This document shows, piece after piece, positions 1 to 14,725 of a stretch of DNA of 64,000 nt. The notes below the pieces were generated by a model. It worked only from the letters and a program-made list of their open reading frames with translations, was not told the origin of the DNA and searched no databases. The position numbers and the translations under genes are program-made. How positions within the stretch are numbered: position 1 is the stretch's first letter; each line of letters begins with the position of its first letter. Where the stretch lies: the NCBI GenBank assembly GCA_964016885.1, contig OZ024740.1, positions 153,698,001 to 153,762,000 of the forward strand, read 5' to 3'. Source of the DNA: Eledone cirrhosa. Taxonomy: Eukaryota.

Positions 1-328
1 TGGTAGGATTAGGATTATCACTATTAGCCTCAGCTTCATTCGAAACAGGAACCACCATTCAGATAGACGGAAGAGATATGGGCTATACATGAAAGAGAAG
101 TGTAACATATTGACGTAATGTTTACTGTTTTAAACATGACAACCAAAATGTTTGCCACATACTGGCATATGAACGAACTCCCCCCTCAGAGAATTCAATT
201 GCAATAAGCATTATCTCAACCTGCAACAGAGACCTGAGCAGTTGTTATAATGGAGACTTACTATGTATTAGAATATTTTTCAGGAAGAATTTGTTCATAT
301 ACCTGCACAATATGTTACTCTTGTCTCC

Positions 329-531
329 TAATAATTGCTTCTTCTTTAGGCACAAGGCCAGCAATTTGAAGAGATGGGAAAAGTCGATCAAATCCATCCC
401 AGTGCATTACTGGTGCTTTATTTTATCGAGCCCGTAAGGATAAAAGGCAAAGCTAACCACGGCGGGATTTGAGCCATAACTCTATGGTGCGAAGCCTGTT
501 ATCCGGCGCTCTACCGATTCTGCCAATCCAC
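329..531 (-). mobile_element. tRNA-derived SINE, family A
   Basis: Reverse complement of the recurrent unit ggattggcagtatcggtagag...gttcaaatcccgccgaggttaactttgcctttcatccttacggggtcgataaaataaagtaccagtaatgcactgg...ggccttgtgcc..aaacaattat; flanked by near-identical actcttgtctc..aataat (TSD-like). Confidence 0.85.
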
Positions 532-1177
532 TCTTGTCTCACAATAATATTTCCTTACCCTTGTCCAAGCGACAGGAAGACCAATCGTTTCTAACAAAAT
601 ACCCCTAACTCATCAACACTCTACCTGCCCTGTATAGCCGTACATTCGTATCACCTGACCAAAGTCGATTAATGGGAATCGAATGATTCAAATAATGCGT
701 GCTTTATTTCGTGAACTCCCAACTTATATTCACCACTCATCAGGGATATCACAGGTCTACAGAAAAAGAAATGAAATGGTACAGGGGATGTTTTGACTGA
801 TTTTAAAGTTTTTCAGGCCGCTGAATCGAAAATTATACTCATTTTTCACCGTTAGTTTTAGTTTTTTTTGCATTCTTACACCTCTTATTCTAAGAAAAAT
901 GGCGTGTCATATAAAAGTATATCAATCAAAGAAAAAAATAAATGATTTAACATTTCCTCGTTGGCTATGGTTGATTATAATCAACCGAGGAAATGTTTAT
1001 ATTCTCGTTCAACTTGGTAGAAATAGCAGCCATCAAATCTCACCTTGTGTGTCATTTGAATGAAGGGTACATGCGATAATGTAGTCTATGGCTAAATGAG
1101 AAAAAAAAATAGATCAATGAATATATAAATATTACAATTTAAAAAACTAACATAAAAATAATTGGTTCTACATAAAA

Positions 1178-1568
1178 ATAATTGATTCTGCACAAGGCCA
1201 GCAATTTGAAGGGGAGGGGAAAGTCGATTAAATCGACCCCAGTGCATTACTGGTGCTTAATTTTATCAACCCCGTAAGGATGAGAGGCAAAGCTAACCTC
1301 GGCGGGATTTGATCTCAAAGCGTAAAGAGCCGTAACTCTATGCGGCAAAGCAGGGTGTCCGGCGCTCCTCCAATACTGACAATCCACCAACAAAAAATAA
1401 TTGTTTCTACTTTTGGCACAAGGCCAGCAATTAACCAGTGCATTACTGGTACTTTATTTTATCGACCCCGTATGGATGAAAGGCAAAGTCAACCTAGGTG
1501 GGATTTAATCAGAACGTAAAGGGCCGTAACTCTATGCTGCAAAGCATGGCGTCCGACCCTCTACCGAT
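1178..1568 (-). mobile_element. Two adjacent SINE family A copies (~1178-1388, ~1396-1568)
   Basis: Same consensus twice, head-to-tail. Confidence 0.85.
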
Positions 1569-1889
1569 AAGCAATGGTTTAAAATAAAATAAAGATAAGG
1601 TGACACAGCAATGGCAATACAACAACAATGTTCAATAAATAACATATTTCTTTTCTCTTCTACCTATGTAACATGTCTGCATCCACCACTCCAGGCGTGC
1701 CTTATACATAATACCTACCCTACTGACCCGTTTTTATTCGTCTTTTATTAATTCAACATTTCATTTTGAAAATGTGTTAAACCAACAGTGAACGCTTTCT
1801 GTCGTATTTACTTAGTTGTTTATTCATCGGTTATACAACTCTCCATTTATATTCATATATGTATCGGTGTATGCACATACACACATATC

Positions 1890-2078
<189 letters not shown>

Positions 2079-2160
2079 TGAGTCCCGGGTTCAATCGGGG
2101 GTAACCGCAATAAGTAAGGTACACAATACAACAGTCGGTTATATACAAAATTTAATATAG

Positions 2161-2258
2161 CTTCTACAGGACTAGAATTGTTTCATTCGAAAATAAATCA
2201 CCAGGAAAGCTTTCATGGTGATTTTATTTTTAATGAAACAGTTCTAGTCCTGTAGAAG
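2161..2258. repeat. ~98 bp imperfect palindrome with hammerhead-like remnants
   Basis: cttctacaggactagaattgtttcatt ... aatgaaacagttctagtcctgtagaag; minus strand reads ctggtga...gaaac...gtc. Confidence 0.8.
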
Positions 2259-2783
2259 ACATTTTTATATTAAATTTTATACATATATTTATATATACAT
2301 ATATTTATATATACATACTGTATATATATATATTGAACAACCTTGAATCATAGACAACCTATGTATTTCTAGGGGTACTTAGTATCCTTGGACATATTAA
2401 CTTCATTCATTATGCTCCGTTATGTAGAGAACAAATCTGTTGTTCTATTTAGCTGCTATATTTTTTAGTAGTAATTATAGACAGCAAGTCTGTGGTTTCC
2501 CGCTTTTACTTCGGACCGGTTTACATACGGGTCACTTTCACGACCTTTCAGACCTGTATTAGCTGGCAGGAGGTCATATATTTTATCGTTCCTGGGTCTT
2601 TTAGCCCAAGGAAAGGAAAATGCTTCTCTGATGAGCTTTGGTTTTCCATCAGATATCCATCGGATTTCTGGGGTTTTACAAAGCGAAACTGATCAGTAAG
2701 GGCCATTAGAAGAGGTAAATATTTATATTATATTTTTTTATTTATTTAAAAAAATTGGTTGAATTTTACTTGTTCTGCTTATC

Positions 2784-2879
<96 letters not shown>

Positions 2880-3105
2880 TGTATGTATGTATGTATGTAT
2901 GTATGTATGTATGAGTGTGTCTATCTGTGTGTTTGTACATGCGTGTCTGTGTTCGCATGTATGTGTGTATATATATGTGTCTGTTTGTATATCGTATGTG
3001 TATGTTTAAATTTAAAAAAGAAAAACGAAGAGTATTTTACACAACGTGGTTATCAATCGAAGAATCTTCGACCGTGAAATTTTGAGATATATCAGCACTA
3101 CAATA

Positions 3106-3496
3106 AATAATTGTTTCTACTTTTTGCATAAGGCCAGCAATTACCCAGTACATTACTGGTACTCTTTTTATCGGCCCCGTAAGGATGAAAGGCAAAGTTA
3201 ACCTCGGCGGGATTTGAACTCAGTCCGTAAAGGACGTAACTGTGCTGCAAAGCATGGCGTCAGACCCTCTACCAATACTGCCAATACACCACTTTACTAC
3301 TATAAATAATTGTTTCTATTTTTAGGCACAAGGCCAGCAAATACCCAGTACATTACTGGTACTTTATTTTATCGACCCCGTAAGGATGAAAGGCAAAGTT
3401 AACCTCGGCGAGATTTGAACTCAGATCATAAAGCGACGTAACTCTATGCTTCAAAGCATGGTGTCCGACTCTCTACCGATACTGCCAATTCACCGT
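3106..3496 (-). mobile_element. Two tandem SINE family A copies (~3106-3290, ~3303-3496)
   Basis: Consensus match, both near full length with A-box-like tggcagtatcggtag and B-box gagttcaaatcc. Confidence 0.88.
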
Positions 3497-4543
3497 GCTA
3501 TAAATAATACAGAGAAACATCTTTGCCTCCCTCTATTTTGTTTAGTATAATTTTGTACTCAAAACGTAGAAGAATTTTTATTTATTTACCAATTGTATAC
3601 ACACACACACATATATATGTGTGTGTGTGTGTGTGTGGTGGTGGTGGGGAATAAACGCCTGTCTTAATGTTTGTTTATTTCATACATGATAACTCCGTTA
3701 CGCTTAATCGCCACTTCTAAGCTGGATAGATACAAATGACGTGAAGTGCTCTTACCTACTTAAACCCGTTTATCAATGAGGTCATTACACAAATCTTAGG
3801 GATAAACGACACAGCAACTAGCAACTGGTTAGAAGCAGACATGAGAATAATGTGGCAAAAGAGGTTGGTCACCGCTTCCCAGGGGCAAATAACATGACGC
3901 TGTGTAATCACTAGCTGGAGAGAGAAAAGAAGAAAAGAACGTTCCCACAAACTAATAAGCATGGAAGCTTTCTTTAAAAATTTAGATACGTTCGTTGTTT
4001 AACAAGGGGCGGGACATGAAGAAACATGACGTTAAAGCAAATGAAATATAACCTTAAGACAGAGGGAACAAATCTCGTACTACTTCTTCGGCAACGCTAG
4101 AAGAAATGAATAATAATAGTTGGTCAAAAAAGGGAGAGTATTTGGGCGAATATTATGGAATATCAGGAGGATAGAAATGCAAATTTAGAAGAAATTTTGT
4201 AAAGCGTCGTAAAATTCTGTTACACAAATTGGAGATGGATTGAAACGATACGTTTCCCAACTGCCGTGCTCTATTCTGAGCGTTGCTGTTACCATCCTTA
4301 ATATACTGGAAACTTTTGTAGTCTTTCATATCTCTGATATCCTGGGATATCTGAGCTCAGAATGAATGGCTAAAGCTCGAAAATTGTTTATTTGTATCGT
4401 TTCTTTCTGGCTCCAATTTGATATATGGTCAGGTCAGGCTTTTTCCTGATACTGGTACCATGTAACCCAGTACAACCTGCTTCATGATCGAGTAGTTGGC
4501 CACTAAACCGGCTCACATACTGGGCCCTGGTTTGATAAAGAGT

Positions 4544-4645
4544 AGACCTGCCAACCTCTAAAAACCCAAACGGGGAGTACTATGAAAAAAAAAGTGCCTC
4601 CAAACGGGAAGAAATGAGGTAAAATGGGGAGATTTTACATTTTCA
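4544..4645. mobile_element. One arm of the MITE found complete at 41309-41558
   Basis: agacctgccaacctctaaaaacccaaacggggagtactatgaaaa matches that MITE's terminal arms. Confidence 0.75.
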
Positions 4646-4876
4646 CAAGAGAAGACATCTCTCACCCACCCCAGAGCTGGTGGGAGATCTCCTCGATGGA
4701 TGGGGAGAGTTAGCAAGTCTGTAAGGAGGGTAAGTGGACCCCAGCAGCACAGAAAACAAAAGCTGTTAAAAGGGCCACTCACCCCAATTATAGATGAAAT
4801 AGCCTCACCAATCACCAAAATCGGTGGAGGTCAACCGGGAAGAAGTTCCTCCACCAGGAATGAGAAGGTCCTGGAT

Positions 4877-5005
<129 letters not shown>

Positions 5006-5319
5006 CTCCAGTTCCTCAGAGAAATAACAACACAACCACGAACTGGACATATCAGAGTATTGACGGAGTAAAACACACTTCAACAACATGTGTACCTGTC
5101 TTTCTCACACCAATTCGGACTGCCTGAAGAGGTCACAGCCAATGATGGCTGTCACCGTAGTATATCTATAATTTATAATAAACGAAGCCAAATTTTACAT
5201 ATTTGACTTAATTATTTTACATTACTCCGAAGTAAACAAACCAACCTGCGTACTTCGTCGAGGGCTCCAACCTGCATACTGAGGTGTCGGTAAACAACCA
5301 ACATATACTAATATATATA

Positions 5320-5359
<40 letters not shown>

Positions 5360-5362
5360 AAT

Positions 5363-5580
<218 letters not shown>

Positions 5581-5622
5581 CAATATATTAACAAATGGAA
5601 ACTATATTTATAAAAACATATT

Positions 5623-5687
5623 TATTTCATTATACATATTTCAAGGACACCAAAGCAAATTATGGTGCGCTTTCATCAGATAAAATA
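5623..5687 (-). ncRNA. Minimal type I hammerhead ribozyme (PLE/retrozyme type)
   Basis: Minus strand: tattttat CTGATGA aagcgcacca-taatttgctt-tggtgtcctt GAAA tatgta TA atgaaata; 8-bp stem I, ~9-bp stem II, near-palindromic stem III. Confidence 0.7.
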
Positions 5688-5729
5688 TAATATAGATCAG
5701 TTTTATAAACAAATATTGACATACCCTTA

Positions 5730-5790
5730 AAGAATGCGACCATGTCGGTTGGAAGCTCCGGGAGCTTCCAACCGACATGGTCGCATTCTT
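5730..5790. repeat. Perfect 30-bp inverted repeat with 1-nt spacer
   Basis: aagaatgcgaccatgtcggttggaagctcc g ggagcttccaaccgacatggtcgcattctt. Confidence 0.95.
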
Positions 5791-6159
5791 GTATTTTTAC
5801 TCCAAACATTTGTTGAGTGCTTTATATCAGTTATAAAAATATTTCCTTGTTGTATCCCAACAAATTAAATATAACTTCTACATATATATATATATACGTG
5901 TGTGTGTTATATTAGTTGTGTTAAAGTATCGAAATATCATTTTGCCCTATACCACACCATCATTATTTTTTCTCATGGAATGTTGCTTTTTTCGGCAGAG
6001 AAGGAGGGGGAGGTACACAGTTTGTAGCCCCCACAGCTCCGCGTTCCATGTATATAAAACAAATCAAAGAAAAATAGTAATTTCGAAAGGAAAGCCTGTT
6101 CTGAATTAATAATAAATATATTGCGCATGCGTTTGTCCTAATATGTGTGTGTATGTATG

Positions 6160-6254
<95 letters not shown>

Positions 6255-6419
6255 CGCGCGAAAGACAAACAGCAATATAATTGATCTGCCATACAAATTT
6301 ACTATTGGTGTCGAGGATTTCCAAAAGCCCCATTCTATAAAGACTGAACTGACTTTTCCCCCTCAAGTAAATTAATTGTCAAGCTTGGCACGAACAAGCA
6401 ATTCAAAATACAGTGTTGT

Positions 6420-6870
6420 CAGCCGCATTGTAGTATTGGTGGTGGTGGTAGCGGTAGTTGTGTCAGTCGTGGTGGTGGTGGTGGTGGTGGTGGTGGTGTC
6501 GGTTGTAATGGTGGTATTAGTTGTGTTTTTAGTAATAGTGGTAGTGTGGTGATGGCTGTAGTGCTGATGTTAGCTGGGTTGTTATTGGTGTTGTAGGTGC
6601 TGGTGTTCGTGGTGATGGTGATGGTGTGTGTGGTAAGGTTGGTGTTGGTATCAATGGGGATGATCATGGCAAAGCTTGTGGTGATAATGGAGATGATAAT
6701 GGGAATACTTGTGGTTGGAGTGGTGGTGATATTTATCATAGTTTTGATGTGATTTTAGTGTTGGTGTTGATGTTGGTATCGTTGGTAATGTTGGATATAA
6801 TGGTATTCATGACAGTTGTGATAGTGGTACTAGCGGTGGTGCGGGTGGTGACGGTGGTGGTGGTGGTAGA
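6420..6870. repeat. Degenerate (GGT/GAT/GTT)n low-complexity tract
   Basis: Direct reading; gives Thr/Pro/Val-rich pseudo-ORFs. Confidence 0.85.
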
Positions 6871-7729
6871 GAGGATGAAGATAGGACTGTCGGTGGCAAC
6901 AATGGGGGGCAGTTTTGAGTTCAAATCTTCCTTTGTCGTCAATAAATAAATAGCAGTCAAAGAACGAAGTTCAATTTAATCGTTTCTGCTGTCCACTCGA
7001 TATAATGTGTGGTTTCGTGGTAACATTACAAATCCTTGTTATATCCTTAATTGTTTCAGAACAAGGCTAGTAGTTTGTGGAAAGTCTAAACCCAGTACTT
7101 GACTGTTACTTTATTTCATCGGTCCCGTAAGGATGAAGGGCAAGGTTGACCTCGTTGAGATTCGAACTAAATGACGCAAGATGTTTTGCCCGATACTTTA
7201 CCGATACTATCAACCCAACACCCTTAGTATATACTTAATTCTACCGTTTATCCACACTTAGTTGATTTACTTTCTCTTGACATTCACAGCTTTGGGCTGA
7301 AAGTGACAACGCATCTTTGGGGTCTGGCCAGACATGTGACGGTGTTTTGGTTATATCGTAGTCACTCGATCTGTTTGAATTATCAAACAAATTTCGCTCA
7401 GCTGATACTCTACTATCTTGAAAATGGAGGCACATGTGGGCTAATGTTGTCCTAAATAGGCAATAGCTGGGGGAAGACTGGGGTGGTCATATCATGGCTT
7501 GAAGCCTTTGTCCAGTGTCATACTCAGCCATGGCTGACTTGATACTAAACACAATTGTTATAAGGAATTAGTTAGAGGGAACAATTTAAAGAGCATCAGA
7601 TAAAATTCAATTCGGAATTTAGTTCAAGTCTTTTTGCGTTCAGTGATCAGATTCTGCAGAAGCCAACTTTGATGTTGTCCAAGGTAAAGGTTGATACAGC
7701 TTGGCAGTAGTGACATTGGCATGGAATTC

Positions 7730-7856
7730 ATTTCCACAGTTGAGTGAACTGGATCAACGTGAAATAAAGTGTCTTCCCTAAGGACTCAACGCATCGTCCG
7801 GTCCAGGAATCGAATTCACAATTGTGAATCCAACGCTAACCACTAAGGCACGAGCC
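7730..7856 (-). mobile_element. tRNA-derived SINE, family B fragment
   Basis: Reverse complement of the head at 19978-20100 (gtccttgagcaaggcactttatttcacgttg motif). Confidence 0.6.
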
Positions 7857-7912
7857 TTTTATACTCACACACAAATATATATATATGGACACACATACAG
7901 TCTCACACACAT

Positions 7913-9984
7913 CTGCTAAACACAGAGTTACAGATTTTGGCCAAGGTGTTGGCAAAGAGGCTGGCGCTTGTCGTCAAAAACCTGGTGGGAGAAGCGCAGA
8001 CATGCACAATCCCGACCAGGTCCATACACGACAACCTCCACCTCATGCGATACATCGTAGAGAGGATTGGGTGTAAACCCAGCTTCGGTGGGACCCAGAT
8101 TAACTTGGATCAGTCTAAGGCTTTCGATAGGGTTGACCATCGTTACCTGGATGCGGTGCTCGAGGCGGTAGGCTTCGGACTCGTGTGCAGGGGCTAGATT
8201 GCTGCAATGCACAGCAGCAACATCTGCTCAAGGGTCAAGGTGAACGGCTACCTCTCGCGATCCATCCGACAGAGATGCCCTCTCTCTTCCCTTCTGTACG
8301 TACTGACTCTCGAGCCACTACTGCGGAAGTTGGAGCTATTGAAGCACATCCCCCTGGAACCGGGACTGCAGAAAGCGGCGTCGGCCTACGCCGACGACGT
8401 GACAGTAATGGTGTCGAGCACCTCGCAAATCGAGGAAGTCGGCACCTTACTGAAGGAATACGAAAGGTTCACAGGAGCGAAGGTGAACCGGGGCAATTCC
8501 ATCGGTTTGTAACTCGGATCATGGAGAGGCAAACTGATGCCTTCCGATAGCGTCGTCGGACGCTGGACGGAAGGACCGGTGAAGCTGCTCGGGGTCTGGT
8601 TTGGTCCGGACCTCCAGGTGGAGAAGAACTGGAACGAAGTGACGGCCAAGGTGTTTGCACTCACCCAAAAGTGGGCCGAGTGTAAACTATCCTTGAAAGG
8701 TCGAGCGGAGGTGGCGAACACTTTTATAGCGTCCGTCATCTACTACTGCTTGACCGCCGTGCTTTGTCCAGCCAAAACGCTCACCAAAATGGAGCGCGCG
8801 CTCTTCCAATTCCTTTGAAGAAGCGAGCTCCTTTGGTGAGAAGATACATCTGCTCCCAACACCCTTCCAACGTGGCAGAATACATGCAAACACGCGCTCA
8901 GGCTGCGGCATATCCACGTATTTCTCACCGGACAACCGGGGTGGGCCCCGTTTGTGAGGGGAGCCTTCCCACGACTGGTCTCGCTGACCGAGCTGCAGTC
9001 CTGGGTCAAGCAAAGACCGAGGAAAATGGGCGACTGGCACATCGAATGTGCTCAGGCGCTCACAGCCCTCTGGCAGGCGGACCCGGCGGTCAGTGGAGAC
9101 TCCACTTCGTCATTCTATAGAGGGTTGATCCGCAGCAAGTGCGACGACGCGCTCGGAGAAACTCTAGGTGTAGAGGAAGACGAACTGGCCAGTTTATTCG
9201 GTAGGACCGTCCGCCCGGGACCGCTGGACAACTTCCAAAAGTCCCTGGCCTGGCAGTGCTACCGAGGAGCTCTCCCAGTTCGAGACAAGCTCTACAGACA
9301 CGGGCGCCTGGGCAGGGACCCTTCGAAAAAGATCTGTCCGAGATGCGTGCGAGACGAAGAAACCGTCACGCACGCATTCATACACTGCCCGGGCGTTACC
9401 GACCTGTGGGACTATGTAGAACGACTATTATCGCGGATGGGACCAATCTGGTTGACCACTGAGTCCATTGTCATTATCAAACCGCCACCCTCCTTTAAAA
9501 ACGAAGGAGAGGCGGTTTTCTTTTGTGTGATAGCTATGGCGAAAGAGGTTGTATGGTGGACGAGGTTAAAAGGGCTGAGGTCAGACACCTTTCTCTCCGG
9601 CCAACAACTGATTCTTTTTTTCAAATACCACTTTAGAAGAAGAATCAGGATGGTGAGAGAGGTGCTGTACCCCAGCAAGTTTTATTAAAGCTGGTTGAAA
9701 GTGGCGAGAATGGCCCGAGTGAATGGGCCTTCTCTCTATATCAGCCTGTAGGTTGAGGAAGAAGAGGAAGAGAGGAAAGGGGTACTCACTCTTCGTACTC
9801 CTGGAGATGAGGGTTGCACATTTTTTCGATGGCATGTGTTACCCATATGTAATGTCTCCCCCTATTTGGGAAAATCGATTAATTTTTAAATTGCATTTGT
9901 GATAGTATTTTACACGTTTTTATTGTATGTAAACTTCCCCGTTTGTATTTGTGCCCTTCTTTTGTTCCCCTGTGGCTAATAAAG

Positions 9985-9986
<2 letters not shown>
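7913..9986 (+). mobile_element. 5'-truncated, decayed Tx1/L1-clade LINE (RT + zf-RVT + 3'UTR)
   Basis: LLNTELQILAKVLAKRL, LDQSKAFDRVDH, RQRCPLSSLLY, YADDV, KLLGVWF, CPRC..ETVTHAFIHC across frames with stops/frameshifts; ends aataaagaa then (TC)n. Confidence 0.9.
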
Positions 9987-10057
<71 letters not shown>

Positions 10058-10107
10058 TCTCTCTCTCTCTACACACACACACATATATATATATATATTT
10101 TTATATG

Positions 10108-10184
10108 CAGGGTGTCCCCTCCAAAATGTATACACACTTCAACAGCATTCTAATAAATGTGTGTACATTTTTTGGGAAACCCCG
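10108..10184. mobile_element. Tiny Tc1/mariner-like MITE (~77 bp)
   Basis: TIRs cagggtgtccc..aaaatgtatacacac / gtgtgtacattttttgggaaaccccg within TA-rich flanks. Confidence 0.6.
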
Positions 10185-10186
10185 TA

Positions 10187-10231
<45 letters not shown>

Positions 10232-12134
10232 CATATTCGAATTTATTGAAACATTTAATATATTCTTTATAGAATTTGTCTCATAGACACGGATTTTTGT
10301 TTTAAATCTACTTCCTATTAGGTACGAATATAAACATTATTACAGCTGAATTTCTCATGGGAAAACGTATTCTTTTAGACAACTAAAACAGATTTTTAGA
10401 ACACTTTATCTAAACAAAACCCCAATAGAAAATTCAGGATTGTTTAATCAATTAACTGGGCTGAAAATCGTTTCTCTTGTATACGTTTGAAGAGCGTATC
10501 CGCTTTGGTTTGTATCTTGGATTAACTGACTTAAGTTTAGTGTCTTGGTGTCTCAAGAATGTACACTGAAGTGGCTTTCCTGTTATTACTACGAAGTAAG
10601 CATGGAAGTTTAAATTTGATTAAACGAGTGAAAATTGGAATGTTGAAAAGTTCAATGCTTTTCCTAAAGGTATTTGTGACGAAACTGAAAAAAAAAAAAA
10701 AAAATTCAATCGCAATCGTAAAATTAATCACGGATTTGTTTTATTTTATATTCACCATTTCGGCGTTCAATATCTGTATTTGGAACTTATAGAATAGTAG
10801 GAGAAAAAAGAATTTAAAAAAGCAATGCAGATTTTAAAACTTCTATTCAAACGACATGTTTATTATACTAAAAGATAAGAAAAAAGAAAAGCCATTGAAC
10901 AAACGAAGAAAGAATGAAAATGTTTTTTGAGCCGTCAGAGGAGAAAAAAGAGTAAATTCAAATTTCTCTTATAAGACTTAAAGTCAATAGGCGGAAATAG
11001 AAATAGTTTTATTTTTATCAATTTATTTTAATCAAATCTTTGAACAATGTTCCAAGATATTTTGGAATTTAGAAAAAAGAAAATTAATAAAATCAAAAGA
11101 AAGGGGCAAATATTTTCTAAACAAAAGATATGTCAGTGCTGTAAGCCATTTACTATTTTACTATGTGCATTGACATATTGTGTCGAATTATTTTCATCTA
11201 TCTATTTTTATTGTCCGTAAACTTTTACAGTTTTTTTAACGATGTGTTAGTGGTGATATGTTCGTGATATTCATTCAAAAAATATAATGGTGCATTAGCA
11301 GAACCATTACTGCCATAATCTAAATAACTTGCGTTCTTACATTCGGAGTTCGAATTCTGCCGCGGTGAAGTTTGCATTTCTTCTTTCTGCAACTATAAAA
11401 CAAAGTACCAGCCAAGTACTGGAGTCCATTTATTCCACTATACACATCTTCAAAATGTATGGCAGTCCCAGTCTTTAAAGCCCCCCACCAAAAAATACAA
11501 AAAACAAACAAACAAAGAAACACTTAGAAAATTGTTTTCGATTTCTATCCAATTAGTAAACAGACGTTCTTATCGCTCAACTTTGGCTCACCATCTCTTA
11601 CATAGGTACACATTCTAGTCCTTTCAAGCTAACCAACCATCGTCTCTGACTATATCATTTCTACTACCATTAAACAATATGCCTTAGCGCTGGCTCCTGT
11701 CGTCGCCTAACAATTCTGATTCTTCCACCTCACTAATACTTTAGTTAGAGCCATCAGATACAAAAAACCAGAGCTAATGATGGAACGTTTATGTTGTTTC
11801 TCTTCTAGAAATAGTAAACAAAACACCATCAAATCACAACCTATCATCTTATTTTTTCTTCTTTCAGTATCACTTAAAATAGGTGAACATTTAAAGAGAA
11901 GTCTTGACCTCCTGTGGATCTTATGATATATGGATGAGAGTAGAGGGTTAAGCGTGGTTAGATGTCTCAGCTCTCAAGTTTCATTTATAGATAGTCAGAA
12001 AAAATCTTTACTTGTCTTTGTGTTGAGGTCAATAGGGGCGAGGATTTTGATTTATATTGTAATCATCGATTTAGGGATACTATTATATTGTCTACGTCAT
12101 TGTTATCATCATCACCATCATCATCATCCTCATA

Positions 12135-12325
12135 GTGGATTGGCAGTATCGGTAGAGCGTCCGACACCATGCTTTGTAGCATAGAGTTATGGCTCTTTAA
12201 GTTTTGAATTCAAATCCCGCCGAGGTTAACTTTACCTTCCACCCTTACGGGGTCGACAAAATAAAGTACCAGTAATGCACTGGTATAATTATTGGCCTTG
12301 TGACAAAAGTATAAACAATTATTAT
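12135..12325 (+). mobile_element. SINE family A
   Basis: Consensus match. Confidence 0.85.
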
Positions 12326-12662
12326 TGTATAATTGCTCTTCTTTGTTATCGCCATATTCGAGTTCTGCTTCGTAAGTTTCTTGTGTATTCAGCTTGTTTT
12401 AAAACATTTTTTTCAATGAATTTTTATATTGTTTTGTGTTGAAACTGACCAGGATCCTCAGGGCAAAATCTGCGATTAATTTGTAAATACACCCCACACA
12501 TATTGTTCTGAAAAACACAAGATCAAACAAACATCTGGATAAAGAAATGTCATCCTAAAAAAAGAGCAGCCAACGAAGAAGAGAAAGAAGATGATGGTAT
12601 ATATAATGTGTGTATATATATATATATACATATGTATATATATATATATATATATACATATG

Positions 12663-12697
<35 letters not shown>

Positions 12698-12710
12698 GTA
12701 TATATATATA

Positions 12711-12756
<46 letters not shown>

Positions 12757-12920
12757 TGTGTGTATGTATGTATGTGTGTGTGTGTGCGTGCGTTTGAATA
12801 TGTGTGTTATGCACAATACACACACATATACACACACACATGTATAAATGACGAAGGTCAAGTGGCACAATGGGAAAACAAATAGATTATGAATTCGTAA
12901 ATGTCGAGTATTCTATGAAT

Positions 12921-13044
<124 letters not shown>

Positions 13045-13287
13045 ACCCACACACTCTCTTTCTCTCCTTCTCTACTTCTTTCGCAATTTCTGCCCTCTTC
13101 TACCCTTTTCTCTCCATCTCTATTCGTATATTATGTTGTGGCCAGCAACTTAATTCTACATTTCTCAGGCATTATCTATCTTACTGACGGGAACAGTGGT
13201 ATCGATTTTTTCTATGAATTTACCTCCGAGAGATTAGCGTATTATACATGTACAACATAAAAAAACGATGATGATGATGATGATGAT

Positions 13288-13860
13288 GATAATATTTTCT
13301 TATATAGGCATAAGGCCAGCAATTTTGAGGAAGGGGAAAGTCGATTAAATCGACCCCAGTGCGTGACTGGTACTTTATTTTATCAACCCCGTAAGGATGA
13401 AAGGCAAAGTTAACCTCGGCGGGATTTGAACTCAGATCGTAAAGGGCCGTAACTCTGTGCTGCAAAGTATGGATGATGATGATAATAATTGTTTCTACTT
13501 TAGGCAGAAGGCCAGCAAATACCCAGTACATTACTGGTACTTTATTTTATCGACCCCGTAAGGATGAAAGGCAAAGTTAACCTCGACGGGATTTGAACTC
13601 AGACTGTAAAGGGACGTAACTATGCTAGAAAGCATGGCGTCCAACCCTCTACCGATACTGCCAATTCACCGCCCTGATGATGATAATAATGGTTTCTAAT
13701 TTTGGAATCAACCCCAGTGTTTGACTGCTACCTTATTTTATCAACCCCGGAAGGGTGATAAGCAAAATTAAACTCGACTGGATTTGAACTCAGAAAGCAA
13801 AGAACTGGAAAATTACTGCAAAGAATTTTGTCCGAGATTTAACGATTTTGTCAATCCACT
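13288..13860 (-). mobile_element. Three consecutive SINE family A copies separated by (GAT)n
   Basis: Consensus matches at ~13288-13470, ~13483-13675 and a diverged copy at ~13684-13860. Confidence 0.8.
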
Positions 13861-13877
13861 AACTTAATACTAATACT

Positions 13878-14340
<463 letters not shown>

Positions 14341-14725
14341 AAAGAATGAAAATAGAACACCTAAATATCGCCCATATGGAAAAATATGAATCATGAAAAA
14401 ATATTTAGTTTTCGATATGTAGGATAAGAATATTGTTACAAAGGCACTAAGACGAACACAAGTATATATAGACATACACCAATATACTCACTGACAAATG
14501 TACCTACGTATATATATATATATATATGTGTGTGTATATAAAGAGATGTTTGTATGTGTGTATTTGTGTGTGTATTTATATATATGTACATATACACAAA
14601 AATAAATGTATAGCGAGAGAGAGACAAAGGGAGAGAAAGAGAGATGTTATATATATGTAGTTATATATATCCATACAAACATACATACAGACATACGTAT
14701 ATACATACATACAAACATACAAACA

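Noticed and set aside
6419-6960. Thr/Pro-rich mucin-like ORFs (similar at 28267-28569 and 52664-52943)
   Set aside because: Degenerate GGT/GTT/AAC simple repeats
12135-12325. SINE heads as tRNA genes
   Set aside because: Have A/B boxes but no cloverleaf, and continue into a SINE body and tail
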